NCBI GenBank assembly: GCA_043773025.1
Contig: JAYVFP010000261.1
Coordinates: forward strand, 1 to 64,000
From: Archangium sp.
GTDB taxonomy: Bacteria; Myxococcota; Myxococcia; Myxococcales; Myxococcaceae
DNA: 64,000 nt
Direction of reading: 5' to 3'
In this document: one piece after another, positions 47,120-56,334 of the stretch
How the letters are laid out: each line of letters opens with the position of its first letter
How positions within the stretch are numbered: the first letter of the stretch is position 1
The notes under the pieces: generated by a model
Told to the model about the DNA's origin: nothing
The model's input: only the letters and a program-made list of their open reading frames with translations
The model's database searches: none
Translations under genes and position numbers: made by a program

Positions 47120-48604
47120 GTGGTGAAGTGCGCGCGTGGCATGTGCGCTGCACTTCATCGCTGCATGGCCATCCTGACGGCGTTGCTCAGCGCCTTGTCG
47201 CGAAAGATCGGTTCGTTGACCCAGGCCTTGATGGGCTGGTCAGTGGCTGCACTCTTCGGTCGGCTTACGCCACGTAAACGATTGATGGTCTCGATCGCGA
47301 TGATCCTCTCGGTGCTGTGGCCGCTTTTCGTCCTCGGGGTGTTCTTCCCTGCCGCGGCCGCGCTGGTGATCGCCTTCGTGCCGATCAAAGACTGGCTCAG
47401 CCAGGGCGTCATTCGTGCGGTGTGGATCGCGTTGGCCGTGCTCGCGCCCCTCATCGTGGCGTTGCTCACCCGCGCCGCTGCACCCGACTCGCAGACCAAG
47501 AGCCTGACCAGGACGCTGATCAACGCGTACCCGCTGACCCTGGGCTTCGCGATCTCCTTCTTCGTCACGCTCGTCACCGTGCCGGCGATCAAGATCGCCT
47601 CAATGGCCCGCGGCTGGATGGATGAGCACCTCTACGTTCAGCCCAAACCCGGCAGGTACCAGGCGGCCCTGCACGATCTCTGTGAAGCCTGCGTGCTGGC
47701 GCAGCTGAGCCCCGAAGTGGGCAAGCCGCCCCGGGCGATGTTGATCTCCACGCGGGTGATCAAGCTGTTCGCGCGTGGGGCCATCGACGCGTTGGTCGAA
47801 GACGACCCGATGGTCATTCGCGCTGAGGGGCTCGAGCTCTACCTCTACCCGGGTGACCTGCTTCTCCGGGGCGAGAAACACAACGTCGCCCGGGTGCGCG
47901 CCTTGATGGGCAGCACCCTGCTCGAGCGAGACGCGTGGCTGGTGGAGAGCCCGCGCGCACAACAAATCCAGGACGAGCTGGGTCGTCTCTGGGAAGCGAT
48001 TTCGCGGCACGAAGTTCTGGCCGACGCCGCGAACGGCCTCGAATCACGGCTCAAGGAGATCGCCGCCGATTCAACCAAGCCAGACATCACTTACGAGGAC
48101 TGGGTCATGGTCGATCGAATTGCACGACGCATCGAAGGCAAGCTGCAGAACACGAAGAGTGTCATCGACGGTGACACCCTCGAGCGGGCGGCGCAGGCCG
48201 CTTCACGCCGGGATGTCGTGACCGCGACGACGCCAGATTCAGCCGACCACTCCACCGCCAAGCTGCTCGAGACTGCGCTCAAGGAGATGAGGGAGTTGGT
48301 GCGCCTCGAGGTTGAGCTGGCCAAGGTCGAGGCGAAGAAGCAGGTCAAAGGCGTAGTGAAGGCGGGCATCGGTTTCGCCGTGGCGGCCTTGATGGGCGTG
48401 ATCGCGCTGGCGCTGATGGTCGTCGCGCTGGTGCTCGCGCTCGGTGGCACGGCCGGCAGCACCTTCGGCGTGGCGCTCTTCATGTTCGTGCTCGGCGGCG
48501 GGGCTGGCTTTTTCGGCTTCGCGTCGTTGCCCAAGAATCCGCTCGAGAAGACCCGTCACCACATCGAAGACGACTTCAAACAACTCAGGGAGCACGTCGC
48601 TTGA
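47120..48604 (+). CDS. membrane protein with C-terminal YqjE/Phage_holin_3_6-like domain
   Basis: N-terminal TM helices. C-terminal LKEMRELVRLEVELAKVEAKKQVKGVVKAGIGFAVAALMGVIALALMVVALVLALGG resembles YqjE-type two-TM domains. Start uncertain. Confidence 0.5.
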   Translation: MVKCARGMCAALHRCMAILTALLSALSRKIGSLTQALMGWSVAALFGRLTPRKRLMVSIAMILSVLWPLFVLGVFFPAAAALVIAFVPIKDWLSQGVIRAVWIALAVLAPLIVALLTRAAAPDSQTKSLTRTLINAYPLTLGFAISFFVTLVTVPAIKIASMARGWMDEHLYVQPKPGRYQAALHDLCEACVLAQLSPEVGKPPRAMLISTRVIKLFARGAIDALVEDDPMVIRAEGLELYLYPGDLLLRGEKHNVARVRALMGSTLLERDAWLVESPRAQQIQDELGRLWEAISRHEVLADAANGLESRLKEIAADSTKPDITYEDWVMVDRIARRIEGKLQNTKSVIDGDTLERAAQAASRRDVVTATTPDSADHSTAKLLETALKEMRELVRLEVELAKVEAKKQVKGVVKAGIGFAVAALMGVIALALMVVALVLALGGTAGSTFGVALFMFVLGGGAGFFGFASLPKNPLEKTRHHIEDDFKQLREHVA

Positions 48605-49041
48605 GCACCCCAACCCAAGAAGAGATCCTGGAGCGCAGGGCCACGCTGGCCCGCGAACGACTGCTCTTGGTGGTCGATGAACTCGATCGCAAGCGGCACG
48701 AGTTCACGCACGTCATCGCGCACCCAGGTCAGATCGTCTCAGACCAACTGGCCAAGCGGCTCCTGCCCCGGTTCGAAGCAGCAGCGGGGACCATCGCGGC
48801 CATCAGCGGCGCCGTGCTGCTCGTCGGCGGCGTCATCGGGTACGCCGTCCACCGGCGCAACCACACCTGGAGCCGCCGGCTGTTGGCCCGGTTGCCGAAA
48901 CCTCAGAAGAAGCCGTCTTTCTGGGGCGACGTGTTCAGCCGCTCTGCCAAGGCGCTGCTCACCTTCGGCATCGTGCAGGGCCTCAAGTACGCCATCCGCG
49001 AAGGCGCCAAACAAGCGAACGCCCCGACTCCAGCGCAGTGA
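48601..49041 (+). CDS. small membrane-anchored protein (YqjD/ElaB-like arrangement, hypothetical)
   Basis: 146 aa with one central TM helix. ATGA overlap with the upstream gene. Confidence 0.4.
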   Translation: MSTPTQEEILERRATLARERLLLVVDELDRKRHEFTHVIAHPGQIVSDQLAKRLLPRFEAAAGTIAAISGAVLLVGGVIGYAVHRRNHTWSRRLLARLPKPQKKPSFWGDVFSRSAKALLTFGIVQGLKYAIREGAKQANAPTPAQ

Positions 49042-49069
49042 GCCTTGAGGTGCGTTCAGCAAAACAAAA

Positions 49070-49105
49070 CCCCCGGAGACCTTTCGGCTTCCGGGGGTTT
49101 CGTTT
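49070..49105. terminator. bidirectional intrinsic terminator
   Basis: CCCCCGGA-GACCTTTCGGCT-TCCGGGGG flanked by an A-tract and TTTCGTTT. Serves both the + gene ending at 49041 and the convergent tRNA pair. Confidence 0.75.
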
Positions 49106-49109
49106 CCTG

Positions 49110-49183
49110 CGAGGAGTAGGGGATTTGAACCCCTGACCTTCGGCGTGACAGGCCGACGTTCTAACCAGCTGAACTAACTCCCC
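49110..49183 (-). tRNA. tRNA-Asp (anticodon GTC)
   Basis: Reverse complement GGGGAGTTAGTTCAGCTGGTTAGAACGTCGGCCTGTCACGCCGAAGGTCAGGGGTTCAAATCCCCTACTCCTCG folds as a cloverleaf. Anticodon loop CTGTCAC. T-arm GGTTCAAATCC. Confidence 0.9.
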
Positions 49184-49223
49184 ATATGTGTGCTGCACCT
49201 GCGGTCCTACAACTGCACCAGCT

Positions 49224-49295
49224 TAGGCGGAACAGGTTTCGAACCTGTGACCCTCGCCGTGTAAAGGCGACGCTCTACCGCTGAGCTATCCGCCC
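49224..49295 (-). tRNA. tRNA-Val (anticodon TAC)
   Basis: Reverse complement GGGCGGATAGCTCAGCGGTAGAGCGTCGCCTTTACACGGCGAGGGTCACAGGTTCGAAACCTGTTCCGCCT. Anticodon loop TTTACAC. T-arm GGTTCGAAACC. Confidence 0.9.
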
Positions 49296-49391
49296 AGACG
49301 CCGCACAAGCGGTGAGGTCTGATACGGGATTTCGACGAAAGCTGTCAACACCTTCGTTTGAAGACGCGCATTTTCCTGTCGGCCTGACGGA

Positions 49392-50660
49392 GTGCGCCCT
49401 TTGCTTCCTTCTGCTCCTGCTTTGACCGAGAGTCAGCGCCGCGTGAGCGAAAAGAAGAACGGCACGGAGTCCACGCAGCTGGGCCTGCCCGAGGTGGGCA
49501 CCAACTCTACCCAGGTGATCGACTCGCCCGTGCCCAGCGAGCCCACCCCCACCGCGCCGGCGCTCGACCAGATCACCGCGCCATCCTTGCCGCCCGTGCG
49601 CACCCCGCCCTCGGCCCCCCCGCGCACCAAGACCGCCGGAGCGATGCGCGGCGCCGTGCCCAAAGACGAGCCCACCCAGCGCAGGCCCAGCCGCGTTGCG
49701 CAAGCGCAGGTGCTCCCTCCTCAAGAGGGCATTTCCGGGCTCAAGAAGCCCGTTCTCCAAAAGGAGCCCTTCGAGTGGACCATGCCGAAGGTGGCGGGGC
49801 TCTCGGGCGCGGTGGGGTTGGCCTTCATTCTGGTGTGGGTCTTCTGGCCGTCGGGCGAAAAGCGCGCACGTCCCGTGGTGACCAAACCCGAGCCGGTGGT
49901 CGCAGCGCCGGTGGTGGCCGCGCCCAAACCGAAACCCGTGCAACCGACGGCGCCCGTGGTGATCGCGCCCAGCAAGCCCGTCTTCAAGCTCGACGTCAGG
50001 GCGAACGTGATCGACCCCTTCGGCGTGCACCTGCCCGATGTCGAGCTCGACCCTGCGCACAAGTACCGGCTGCGCATCGAACGCGACGACTCCAAGCTGG
50101 GCACCGCGCTCGCCCGCCTCGATGAGAAAGAAGGCTGGGGCATGATGAGGAAGATGGCCAGCCACGCGGTGCTCCAGTTCGGCGGGGCCAAGGCGCTGCG
50201 CATGCACTGCGAGCCGGGCTCGACCTTTCAGGAAGGCCAGACCTTCCCGCTCGAGCTGGTCGATCTGGCCACCAAGAAGAAGAGAACCCTTTCGCTCAAC
50301 CCTGCCGCGCATTGCTGGGACTTCGAGGTCGCGCGCGTGATGGAGCTGGGCGAAGGCGTGAAGACGCGCGTGCGTGTGCCCACCGACGCGAAGCTGGAGT
50401 TGGGTGAAAAGGTGCCGCTGCGCGTGGCCTACCTGCTCGAGGCGCTGGGCGAGAAGAAGTCCTGGCGCACCGGCGTGTTGTCACCCGGTCAGAGCGTGCT
50501 CGCCGAAGGCCGGCTGGCCCGCTTCGCCATCCTCGATCCCTACGCGGGCGACAACGAAGGAGCGCTTTCGCTGGAGCTCCTCGCGGGTGACACGGAGAAC
50601 TCGGGGTTGGTCACGCCGACGGCCGCTCCGGGTGCGGAGTTCGTTCCCGCAGCCAAGTGA
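49392..50660 (+). CDS. hypothetical membrane-anchored protein (Pro/Ala-rich N-region, single TM, C-terminal globular domain)
   Basis: ORF with one TM helix (GLSGAVGLAFILVWVF). No recognised motif. Start uncertain. Confidence 0.4.
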   Translation: MRPLLPSAPALTESQRRVSEKKNGTESTQLGLPEVGTNSTQVIDSPVPSEPTPTAPALDQITAPSLPPVRTPPSAPPRTKTAGAMRGAVPKDEPTQRRPSRVAQAQVLPPQEGISGLKKPVLQKEPFEWTMPKVAGLSGAVGLAFILVWVFWPSGEKRARPVVTKPEPVVAAPVVAAPKPKPVQPTAPVVIAPSKPVFKLDVRANVIDPFGVHLPDVELDPAHKYRLRIERDDSKLGTALARLDEKEGWGMMRKMASHAVLQFGGAKALRMHCEPGSTFQEGQTFPLELVDLATKKKRTLSLNPAAHCWDFEVARVMELGEGVKTRVRVPTDAKLELGEKVPLRVAYLLEALGEKKSWRTGVLSPGQSVLAEGRLARFAILDPYAGDNEGALSLELLAGDTENSGLVTPTAAPGAEFVPAAK

Positions 50661-50664
50661 ACCG

Positions 50665-51420
50665 ATGAACACTGCTCTTCTCGCGCTGCTCGTTCTCAAC
50701 GGAGTCCCGTGGGCGCCCATGACGGAGGCCGAACGCAAGGCCACCGTCGCGAAGCTGAGCCAAGACGAGCTCGCCGAAGCGCTCCGCACCACCCCTCCTG
50801 CCCTGCTGCTCGGCCTGAGCGCACAGGCGATCGCCTCGATGGGGCCCTACCAATACGTGATGGTGAAGCAGGAGCGCATTGCCGGCACGCTCCAGGGCGA
50901 GCAGACGATTCGCACCACCATCCAGGAAGCTCCCAACGCGATCCGGCTCGAGTACCTCAAGGGGCCTTCGGCTGGCCGCAAGCTCATCTACAACTCGACC
51001 GTGAAGAAGACCGAGTTCCGCGTGAGAGAGGCGGGCTTCTTGTCGATCGTGGGCCGGCTGTGGATTCCGCTCACCTCAGATCTCGCGAAGAACGACAGCA
51101 ACCACACCGTGGCCGAGGCCGGGTTGGGCAGCCTGGTGCGCCGGCTTCAGGCCGATCAGAAACGTGCAGGCGCGGCGCTGGGCGTGGAGCACGAGGGCTG
51201 GAACGCAGCCGGTCACTTCTGCTCGCTCTTCGTTCTTCCCGAAAACGGCAAGGGCTTCGACCACGCGAAGACGCGCGTGTGCACCGACCCCCGAGTGGGC
51301 GTGCCCATGAAGATCGAAGGCCTCGACGCCGCGGGGGGCTTGGTCGAGCGCTACGCGTTCTCCGACTTGAAACCCATCACCCTCGACAAGAACACCTTTG
51401 ATCCGGAGACCGGGCTGTAA
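50665..51420 (+). CDS. secreted hypothetical protein (DUF1571/LolA-like fold suspected)
   Basis: Signal peptide MNTALLALLVLNG. About 250 aa. Weak resemblance only. Confidence 0.4.
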   Translation: MNTALLALLVLNGVPWAPMTEAERKATVAKLSQDELAEALRTTPPALLLGLSAQAIASMGPYQYVMVKQERIAGTLQGEQTIRTTIQEAPNAIRLEYLKGPSAGRKLIYNSTVKKTEFRVREAGFLSIVGRLWIPLTSDLAKNDSNHTVAEAGLGSLVRRLQADQKRAGAALGVEHEGWNAAGHFCSLFVLPENGKGFDHAKTRVCTDPRVGVPMKIEGLDAAGGLVERYAFSDLKPITLDKNTFDPETGL

Positions 51421-51423
51421 CCC

Positions 51424-52287
51424 ATGATCGACTACGACCCGCACAAGTGGCGCACGACGTTCTTCGCCGTCAAAGGCTCGATGATCAAAGTGATCTCGTT
51501 CAGATCACTGCTGGTGACCCTCGGGGCCTTCCTGCTCGTCTACGTCGACCTCTACGTCGTGAAGTTCGAGGTGCCCAACGCCTCGATCGTTCACGGCATG
51601 GTCGGTACCTCGTTGGGCCTGCTGCTCGTCTTCCGCACCAACCAGTCGTACGACCGCTGGTGGGAAGGCCGAAAACTCTGGGGCGGCATGGTGAACACCT
51701 GCCGCAACCTGGCCCGCTCGGCTTCGGTGCATCTCGCGCACGATCCTGATCGGCTGCGCCGCGTGCTCAGGCTGACCCAGGCCTTTCCCGCTGCGTCGAA
51801 GGCGGTGCTCCGGCAGGAAGCCTGGGCGCCCACCGACCTCGAGCCCGACGATGTGGCGGCGGTCACCAGGCACAACCACGCCCCCACCGCGATCTGTCAG
51901 CGCATCACCTTCCACCTCGACGCCGAGCGCAAGGCGGGCAACCTGCCCGACATCATCTTCACTGCGGTGGATCAGAACAACCAGTTGCTCGTCGACATCA
52001 TCGGCGCGTGCGAGCGTATTCATAAGACGCCGCTGCCCTTCGCCTACGTGGTGCATCTGCGACGCGCGCTGGTGTTGTACTGCGCCACCCTGCCTCTGGC
52101 CCTGCTGCCCAGCTTCGGCCTGTACACGGTGCCCATCGTCTACGGCATCACCTACGTGATGCTGGGCATCGAGGAGATCGGCGTGGAGATCGAAGACCCC
52201 TTCGAAGGCGACGACAACGATCTGCCCCTCGAGCGCATCGTCAGCGGCATTCAGGCGGCCGTGGGCTCCTACCTGCCTCCCGCCTAG
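51424..52287 (+). CDS. bestrophin-family (UPF0187/YneE) anion channel
   Basis: VTLGAFLLVYVDLY...GTSLGLLLVFRTNQSYDRWWEGRKLWG... The conserved N-terminal bestrophin blocks are present. Confidence 0.7.
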   Translation: MIDYDPHKWRTTFFAVKGSMIKVISFRSLLVTLGAFLLVYVDLYVVKFEVPNASIVHGMVGTSLGLLLVFRTNQSYDRWWEGRKLWGGMVNTCRNLARSASVHLAHDPDRLRRVLRLTQAFPAASKAVLRQEAWAPTDLEPDDVAAVTRHNHAPTAICQRITFHLDAERKAGNLPDIIFTAVDQNNQLLVDIIGACERIHKTPLPFAYVVHLRRALVLYCATLPLALLPSFGLYTVPIVYGITYVMLGIEEIGVEIEDPFEGDDNDLPLERIVSGIQAAVGSYLPPA

Positions 52288-54530
52288 CGGAAGGCGTATT
52301 TGAAGCCCGCCTGAAACAGCAGCGGCGCCTGCGGCCTCGCACCAAACGGCCGCCGCGCGACCAGCGCTGACTGGTTCGTGAGGTTGGTGGCGGTCAGGTA
52401 GAAACGCGCTGCGCCGAACTCGACTGAGGCGGTGGCATCGAGCAGCACGCGGCCGGGGATCACCACCGACGCGCTCGGCTCGCCGACGCCGACCAGCTCA
52501 CGGCTCTGGCCGTAGTAGACCGCGCCCACGCCGAGCTCGACGGGGCCCTTCGACGCGCGTACCCGCAGCTGCCCCTGGTGGCTGGGCACGTACGGCAAGT
52601 CGGCCCCAACGACGACGTTGCCCCAACTGGGGTTCGACGATTGGAAGTCAGAAAGAAACTGCGCGCGGGTGAAGGTATACGCGAGCTCGACCGCGCCCGT
52701 GGTGCCCCACCCCAGCTTGCCCTTGAGGCTGCCCAACACCTCGGCGCCCAGCAGACGCGCCGCACCGCCGTTGAATTGCTGGTTGAGCGCGTCGTTGGTG
52801 CAACCACTCGAGCCCGTGCACTCGCCGGTGATGTTCGAGTACTCGCTCCAGAAGCCAATCGCCTCGAGCCGGATGCCGCGGCGCCCGTAGCGGAAGCCGA
52901 ACTCTGAGTTGAGCGCGCGTTCAGGCAGCGCGTCGACCTGGCCCGGCGGCGGCGGGCTGAAACCCTGGTTCACCCCGGCCAGCACAGAGAGCCCGAAGTC
53001 GAAGGTGTACACCGCGCCCACGCCGAGCAGCGGCACCACCTGCAGCGCGTTGCCCGCAGCGCCGCTCAAGCGATCGAAGAGCGTCGCGTCGTAGACCTCG
53101 ACCCGGGCGCCCGGCGCGAGCAGGAAATGGCCCCAGCTGATGGTGTCGGACAGGTTCGCGCTCAAGCTGCGCGTGAAGGCCTTGTTGTCGGCGATCAGCT
53201 CGGCGGCCTCTCCATTGGGCACCAGCGTGCCGCGGAGCATGTCGAAGCCCGACTCCGTGTGGCGCCGGCGGATCTCGTCGTGGTGAAATCGCAGCCCCAG
53301 CTCGAGCTCGTGCGACAGCGGGCCGCTCATCAGCGTCAACCGGGCGAGGGTCTGAATGCCCTGTGAGACGAAGCGGCGGCCGTTGTTCACCACCATCAAC
53401 TGCTGGTCGCGCGAGGTGGTCTCTTCAGCACCCGAAAGAATGCCGCGATACACCGCCGCGGTGCCACCCGCGGGGTAGGCGAGCAAATCGTAGACGGCGG
53501 GGCCCTTGCGAAAGTGATCGAACCGGTTCCACACACGCTCGAAGTCGTGCCGGTACGCGGTGGTGCTGATCTCGAACTTCTCGCTGAGCGTGAAGGTGTG
53601 GGTCAGCTCCAGCTGCGTGCGCCACCAGTTCATCTGATCATTCGCGCTCGCGGCATAGCGACGCTGAGGCGTGACCGCGAAGTCGTCGTTCGAAATGCCC
53701 AGGTACGTCTCATTCGAACGTTCGGTGGAAAGGCCCAGCTTGAGCTGAAACTCGTGGCGGTCCGTCGCCGCGCGCGCCTTGAGCATCAGCTCGTTCTTGT
53801 CGAAGCCGGTGTTGCCGCCGCCATCGAGCTTCTTGAAACCATCGCTTTGCAGGTGCACACCTTCGAGCAGCACGCCGAACCGTTCAGTGCCGTAGCCGAT
53901 CACCCCGTGACCCTTGGCCGAGCCGTAGTTGCCCAGGGAAATGTCGAGATCACCTTCGAAAGCGCGCGGCACCTCGCGGGTGCGCAGGTTGATCGCGCCG
54001 CCGATGGTCTGCGGGCCGAAGCGGATGGAAGCGGGGCCCTTGTAGATCTCCACGCCCACCATGCGGGTCATCAGCGGCGTGTAGTAGGCGGCCGCGGCTG
54101 AATACGGAGCGGGGCCCGAGAGCACGCCGTCTTCCATCAACGTCACCTTGCTCGCACGATCCGCGCTGGCGCCCCGAATACCGATGTTCGGCCGCAGCCC
54201 GAACCCATCTTCTTCACGCACGTAGACGCCGGGCACGCCCTGGAGCACCCGGTGCAGATCGTTGGCTTCCTGCCGCTCGAGCTCTTCTTTGCCGATCACC
54301 TGCGCCGAGCCCGCGACCCGGCGCACGTCGACCGTCTTCCGGGCGGTGATGGTGGTCTCCCGGCCGGCGTCAGGAACATCGAGGCGAACTCCGGCGTCCT
54401 CCTCGGCCGGAAGACCCGCGTCTTCGACCGTCTCGAGGCCGGCATCGAGCTCACCCGCATCGGGCGCCTCGTCAGCAGGCGCCTGGCCCAGCGACAGCGC
54501 AGAAAGGCACACCGCAGCGATCAACATCAT
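52284..54530 (-). CDS. TonB-dependent outer-membrane receptor
   Basis: 748 aa with signal peptide. Plug domain with TonB-box-like TITA, beta-barrel, and C-terminal ...FKYAFR. Confidence 0.85.
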   Translation of the reverse strand: MMLIAAVCLSALSLGQAPADEAPDAGELDAGLETVEDAGLPAEEDAGVRLDVPDAGRETTITARKTVDVRRVAGSAQVIGKEELERQEANDLHRVLQGVPGVYVREEDGFGLRPNIGIRGASADRASKVTLMEDGVLSGPAPYSAAAAYYTPLMTRMVGVEIYKGPASIRFGPQTIGGAINLRTREVPRAFEGDLDISLGNYGSAKGHGVIGYGTERFGVLLEGVHLQSDGFKKLDGGGNTGFDKNELMLKARAATDRHEFQLKLGLSTERSNETYLGISNDDFAVTPQRRYAASANDQMNWWRTQLELTHTFTLSEKFEISTTAYRHDFERVWNRFDHFRKGPAVYDLLAYPAGGTAAVYRGILSGAEETTSRDQQLMVVNNGRRFVSQGIQTLARLTLMSGPLSHELELGLRFHHDEIRRRHTESGFDMLRGTLVPNGEAAELIADNKAFTRSLSANLSDTISWGHFLLAPGARVEVYDATLFDRLSGAAGNALQVVPLLGVGAVYTFDFGLSVLAGVNQGFSPPPPGQVDALPERALNSEFGFRYGRRGIRLEAIGFWSEYSNITGECTGSSGCTNDALNQQFNGGAARLLGAEVLGSLKGKLGWGTTGAVELAYTFTRAQFLSDFQSSNPSWGNVVVGADLPYVPSHQGQLRVRASKGPVELGVGAVYYGQSRELVGVGEPSASVVIPGRVLLDATASVEFGAARFYLTATNLTNQSALVARRPFGARPQAPLLFQAGFKYAFR

Positions 54531-54541
54531 TCGGCGGCCGT

Positions 54542-54562
54542 GATTTTGATAATCATTATCAA
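54542..54562. promoter_or_regulatory. Fur box (GATTTTGATAATCATTATCAA) in divergent promoter region
   Basis: Contains the GATAATCATTATC core of the consensus Fur operator. Located 12 bp upstream of the TonB receptor start and upstream of the thioredoxin-MBL-fbpABC genes. Confidence 0.7.
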
Positions 54563-54618
54563 CTTACGTGAGGAAATACCTGCCGCCCGCAGGCACGTCA
54601 AGGACGCACCGGTTACGA

Positions 54619-54990
54619 ATGCGCTTCATGGCGATCTCGGCAGAGGTAGCGACACCGGAGTCATTCGATCAACTCATCGCCGCGCCCGACGCGTTGGTGG
54701 TGGTCTATTTCTGGGGCCCCGATTGCCCCAACTGCGAAGTGTTCGCGCGTGACCTGCCTGAGCTGCTGCAGGCGATCCCGCAGACCGGCGTTCGCGTGGT
54801 GAAGGTGAACGCCTACGAGCACCCGGAGCTCGCGCGCAGGTTCGCGCTCTTCGGCATTCCCGGGTTCGTGCTCTTCAAGGACGGGAAGAAGCTCGGGATG
54901 ATGCGCCAGTACAACGGCCGCGACTTTTGGACTGCGGTGGTGACCGAGCACGCGCAAGGCAGAGGCGCGAGGTTAAGCTCGCCTTCGTGA
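54619..54990 (+). CDS. thioredoxin-fold protein (WCxxC)
   Basis: VVVYFWGPDCPNCEV...GIPGFVLF: thioredoxin active site and fold. Confidence 0.7.
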   Translation: MRFMAISAEVATPESFDQLIAAPDALVVVYFWGPDCPNCEVFARDLPELLQAIPQTGVRVVKVNAYEHPELARRFALFGIPGFVLFKDGKKLGMMRQYNGRDFWTAVVTEHAQGRGARLSSPS

Positions 54991-56321
54991 TCGTCACCTG
55001 GCTCGGACACGCGCAGCTCTTCATCAACGCTGCCGGCAAGACGCTGCTGCTCGACCCGTGGTTCGCTGAGCCGGTGTTCGGTGGCGCGTGGTTCCGCTAC
55101 CCCCCGCCGCCCTACCCGCGCGCTTCCAGCCTCCCGCCCCCGTCTTTTCTCCTGCTCAGTCACATCCATCCAGATCACTCCGGGCTGGGCACGCTCGCGC
55201 AGCTGCGCAAGACCACCCCCACCCTGGCTATTCCGTTTCCTTCTGGCGCACTCGAACGCCGGCTCGCGCGCGCTGAGTACAGCGACGTGCGGTGGCAGCA
55301 ACCGTGGGAGACGAAGGAGGTCGCTCCGGGCTTGAAGATCACCTTCGTGCCGCACGATCGCGGCTGGGAGGTCTCGTCGATCGTGGTCGAGGCTGACGGC
55401 GTGCGGCTGTACCACGGCAACGACAACCCGCTGTCCGTCGACGCCTACCGGGAGATCGTCGAGCGCCTGGGGCCCATCGACATCGCCTTCCTGCCGTACG
55501 CCGGCGCCTCTTCGTACCCGACCGGTTTCGGCGGCGACGAGGCGTTGCTCCAAGAGCGTTGCGCGAAGAAGAAGCGCGAAGGCCTGCAGCGTTTCGAAGA
55601 GGGCATCGTAGGCCTCGAGCCGAAAGAGGCGGTGCCGTTCGCCTCGAGCTGGGCGCTGCTGGAAGAGAGCGAGCTCGAGAAGAACTTCGTCGATCGGCCG
55701 ACCGCCCTTCAGGCGCTCTCGTCAGCGATGTTGGTCGCGCACGAACACGGCACGCACCTGCTGCATCTGGAGCCTGGTGATCAGTGGAGCCCGGAGACCG
55801 GCGCCATCGCCAAGGGCCTCACCACGGGCTGGGACAACGACGTCGCTTCGGTGCGCCGCTATGCGCTGCAGGAAAAAGAGCGCGTCGACAAGGCGATCGC
55901 TGAAGCGCGCACGGCCACCCGCTCGCTGCCGCGGGCCACGCTCGACCTCGCCGTGCGCGAATACTTCGAGGCGATGATCTCAGCTGCGAAGCCCACGTTG
56001 ACCGGGCTTGCGATGAACGCAGGCTTCGTAGCGGAGGGCGGAGGTGAGTGGAGCATGCGCTTTGCTCACGGCCAGCCGCCGCGTCTCGAGTCGAAGCTGG
56101 TGGGCGACGAAGACGAGACCCTGATGCTGCCTCCGGGTGAGCTGTGGGCGATCGTTGCGGGCCCTTCGAACTGGGAAGACGTCTGGTACGGCTACCGGCT
56201 GCACGTGCGCAAACGCCAGGGCGCCGGCTACTTCCGCGCGTTCTGGGAGATGCTGCTCAACTTCGACGACGAGCAGCTCTCAGAACGACTCGCGGCGCGC
56301 TTTCCGCTGCCGATCGAGTAG
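54987..56321 (+). CDS. MBL-fold metallo-hydrolase with C-terminal extension
   Basis: ITWLGHA-type start (VIVTWLGHAQ). HIHPDH motif. GTGA overlap with the thioredoxin gene; the alternative ATG at 54927 would overlap by 63 nt. Confidence 0.65.
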   Translation: MIVTWLGHAQLFINAAGKTLLLDPWFAEPVFGGAWFRYPPPPYPRASSLPPPSFLLLSHIHPDHSGLGTLAQLRKTTPTLAIPFPSGALERRLARAEYSDVRWQQPWETKEVAPGLKITFVPHDRGWEVSSIVVEADGVRLYHGNDNPLSVDAYREIVERLGPIDIAFLPYAGASSYPTGFGGDEALLQERCAKKKREGLQRFEEGIVGLEPKEAVPFASSWALLEESELEKNFVDRPTALQALSSAMLVAHEHGTHLLHLEPGDQWSPETGAIAKGLTTGWDNDVASVRRYALQEKERVDKAIAEARTATRSLPRATLDLAVREYFEAMISAAKPTLTGLAMNAGFVAEGGGEWSMRFAHGQPPRLESKLVGDEDETLMLPPGELWAIVAGPSNWEDVWYGYRLHVRKRQGAGYFRAFWEMLLNFDDEQLSERLAARFPLPIE

Positions 56322-56334
56322 ACGACGGCGCTCT

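Noticed and set aside
45743-47158. 471-aa minus-strand ORF
   Set aside because: It is antisense to the HTTM membrane protein gene, and its His/Arg/Gly/Glu-rich composition is an artefact.
47120-48604. Holin-like domain as evidence of a prophage
   Set aside because: There are no lysin, capsid, terminase or integrase genes within the window. The domain and partner arrangement fit the YqjD/YqjE membrane-protein family better.
49110-51420. Genomic island inserted at the tRNA-Val/Asp locus
   Set aside because: The downstream genes have host-like GC, there is no integrase, and there is no direct repeat of the tRNA 3' end. The evidence is insufficient to call it an island.
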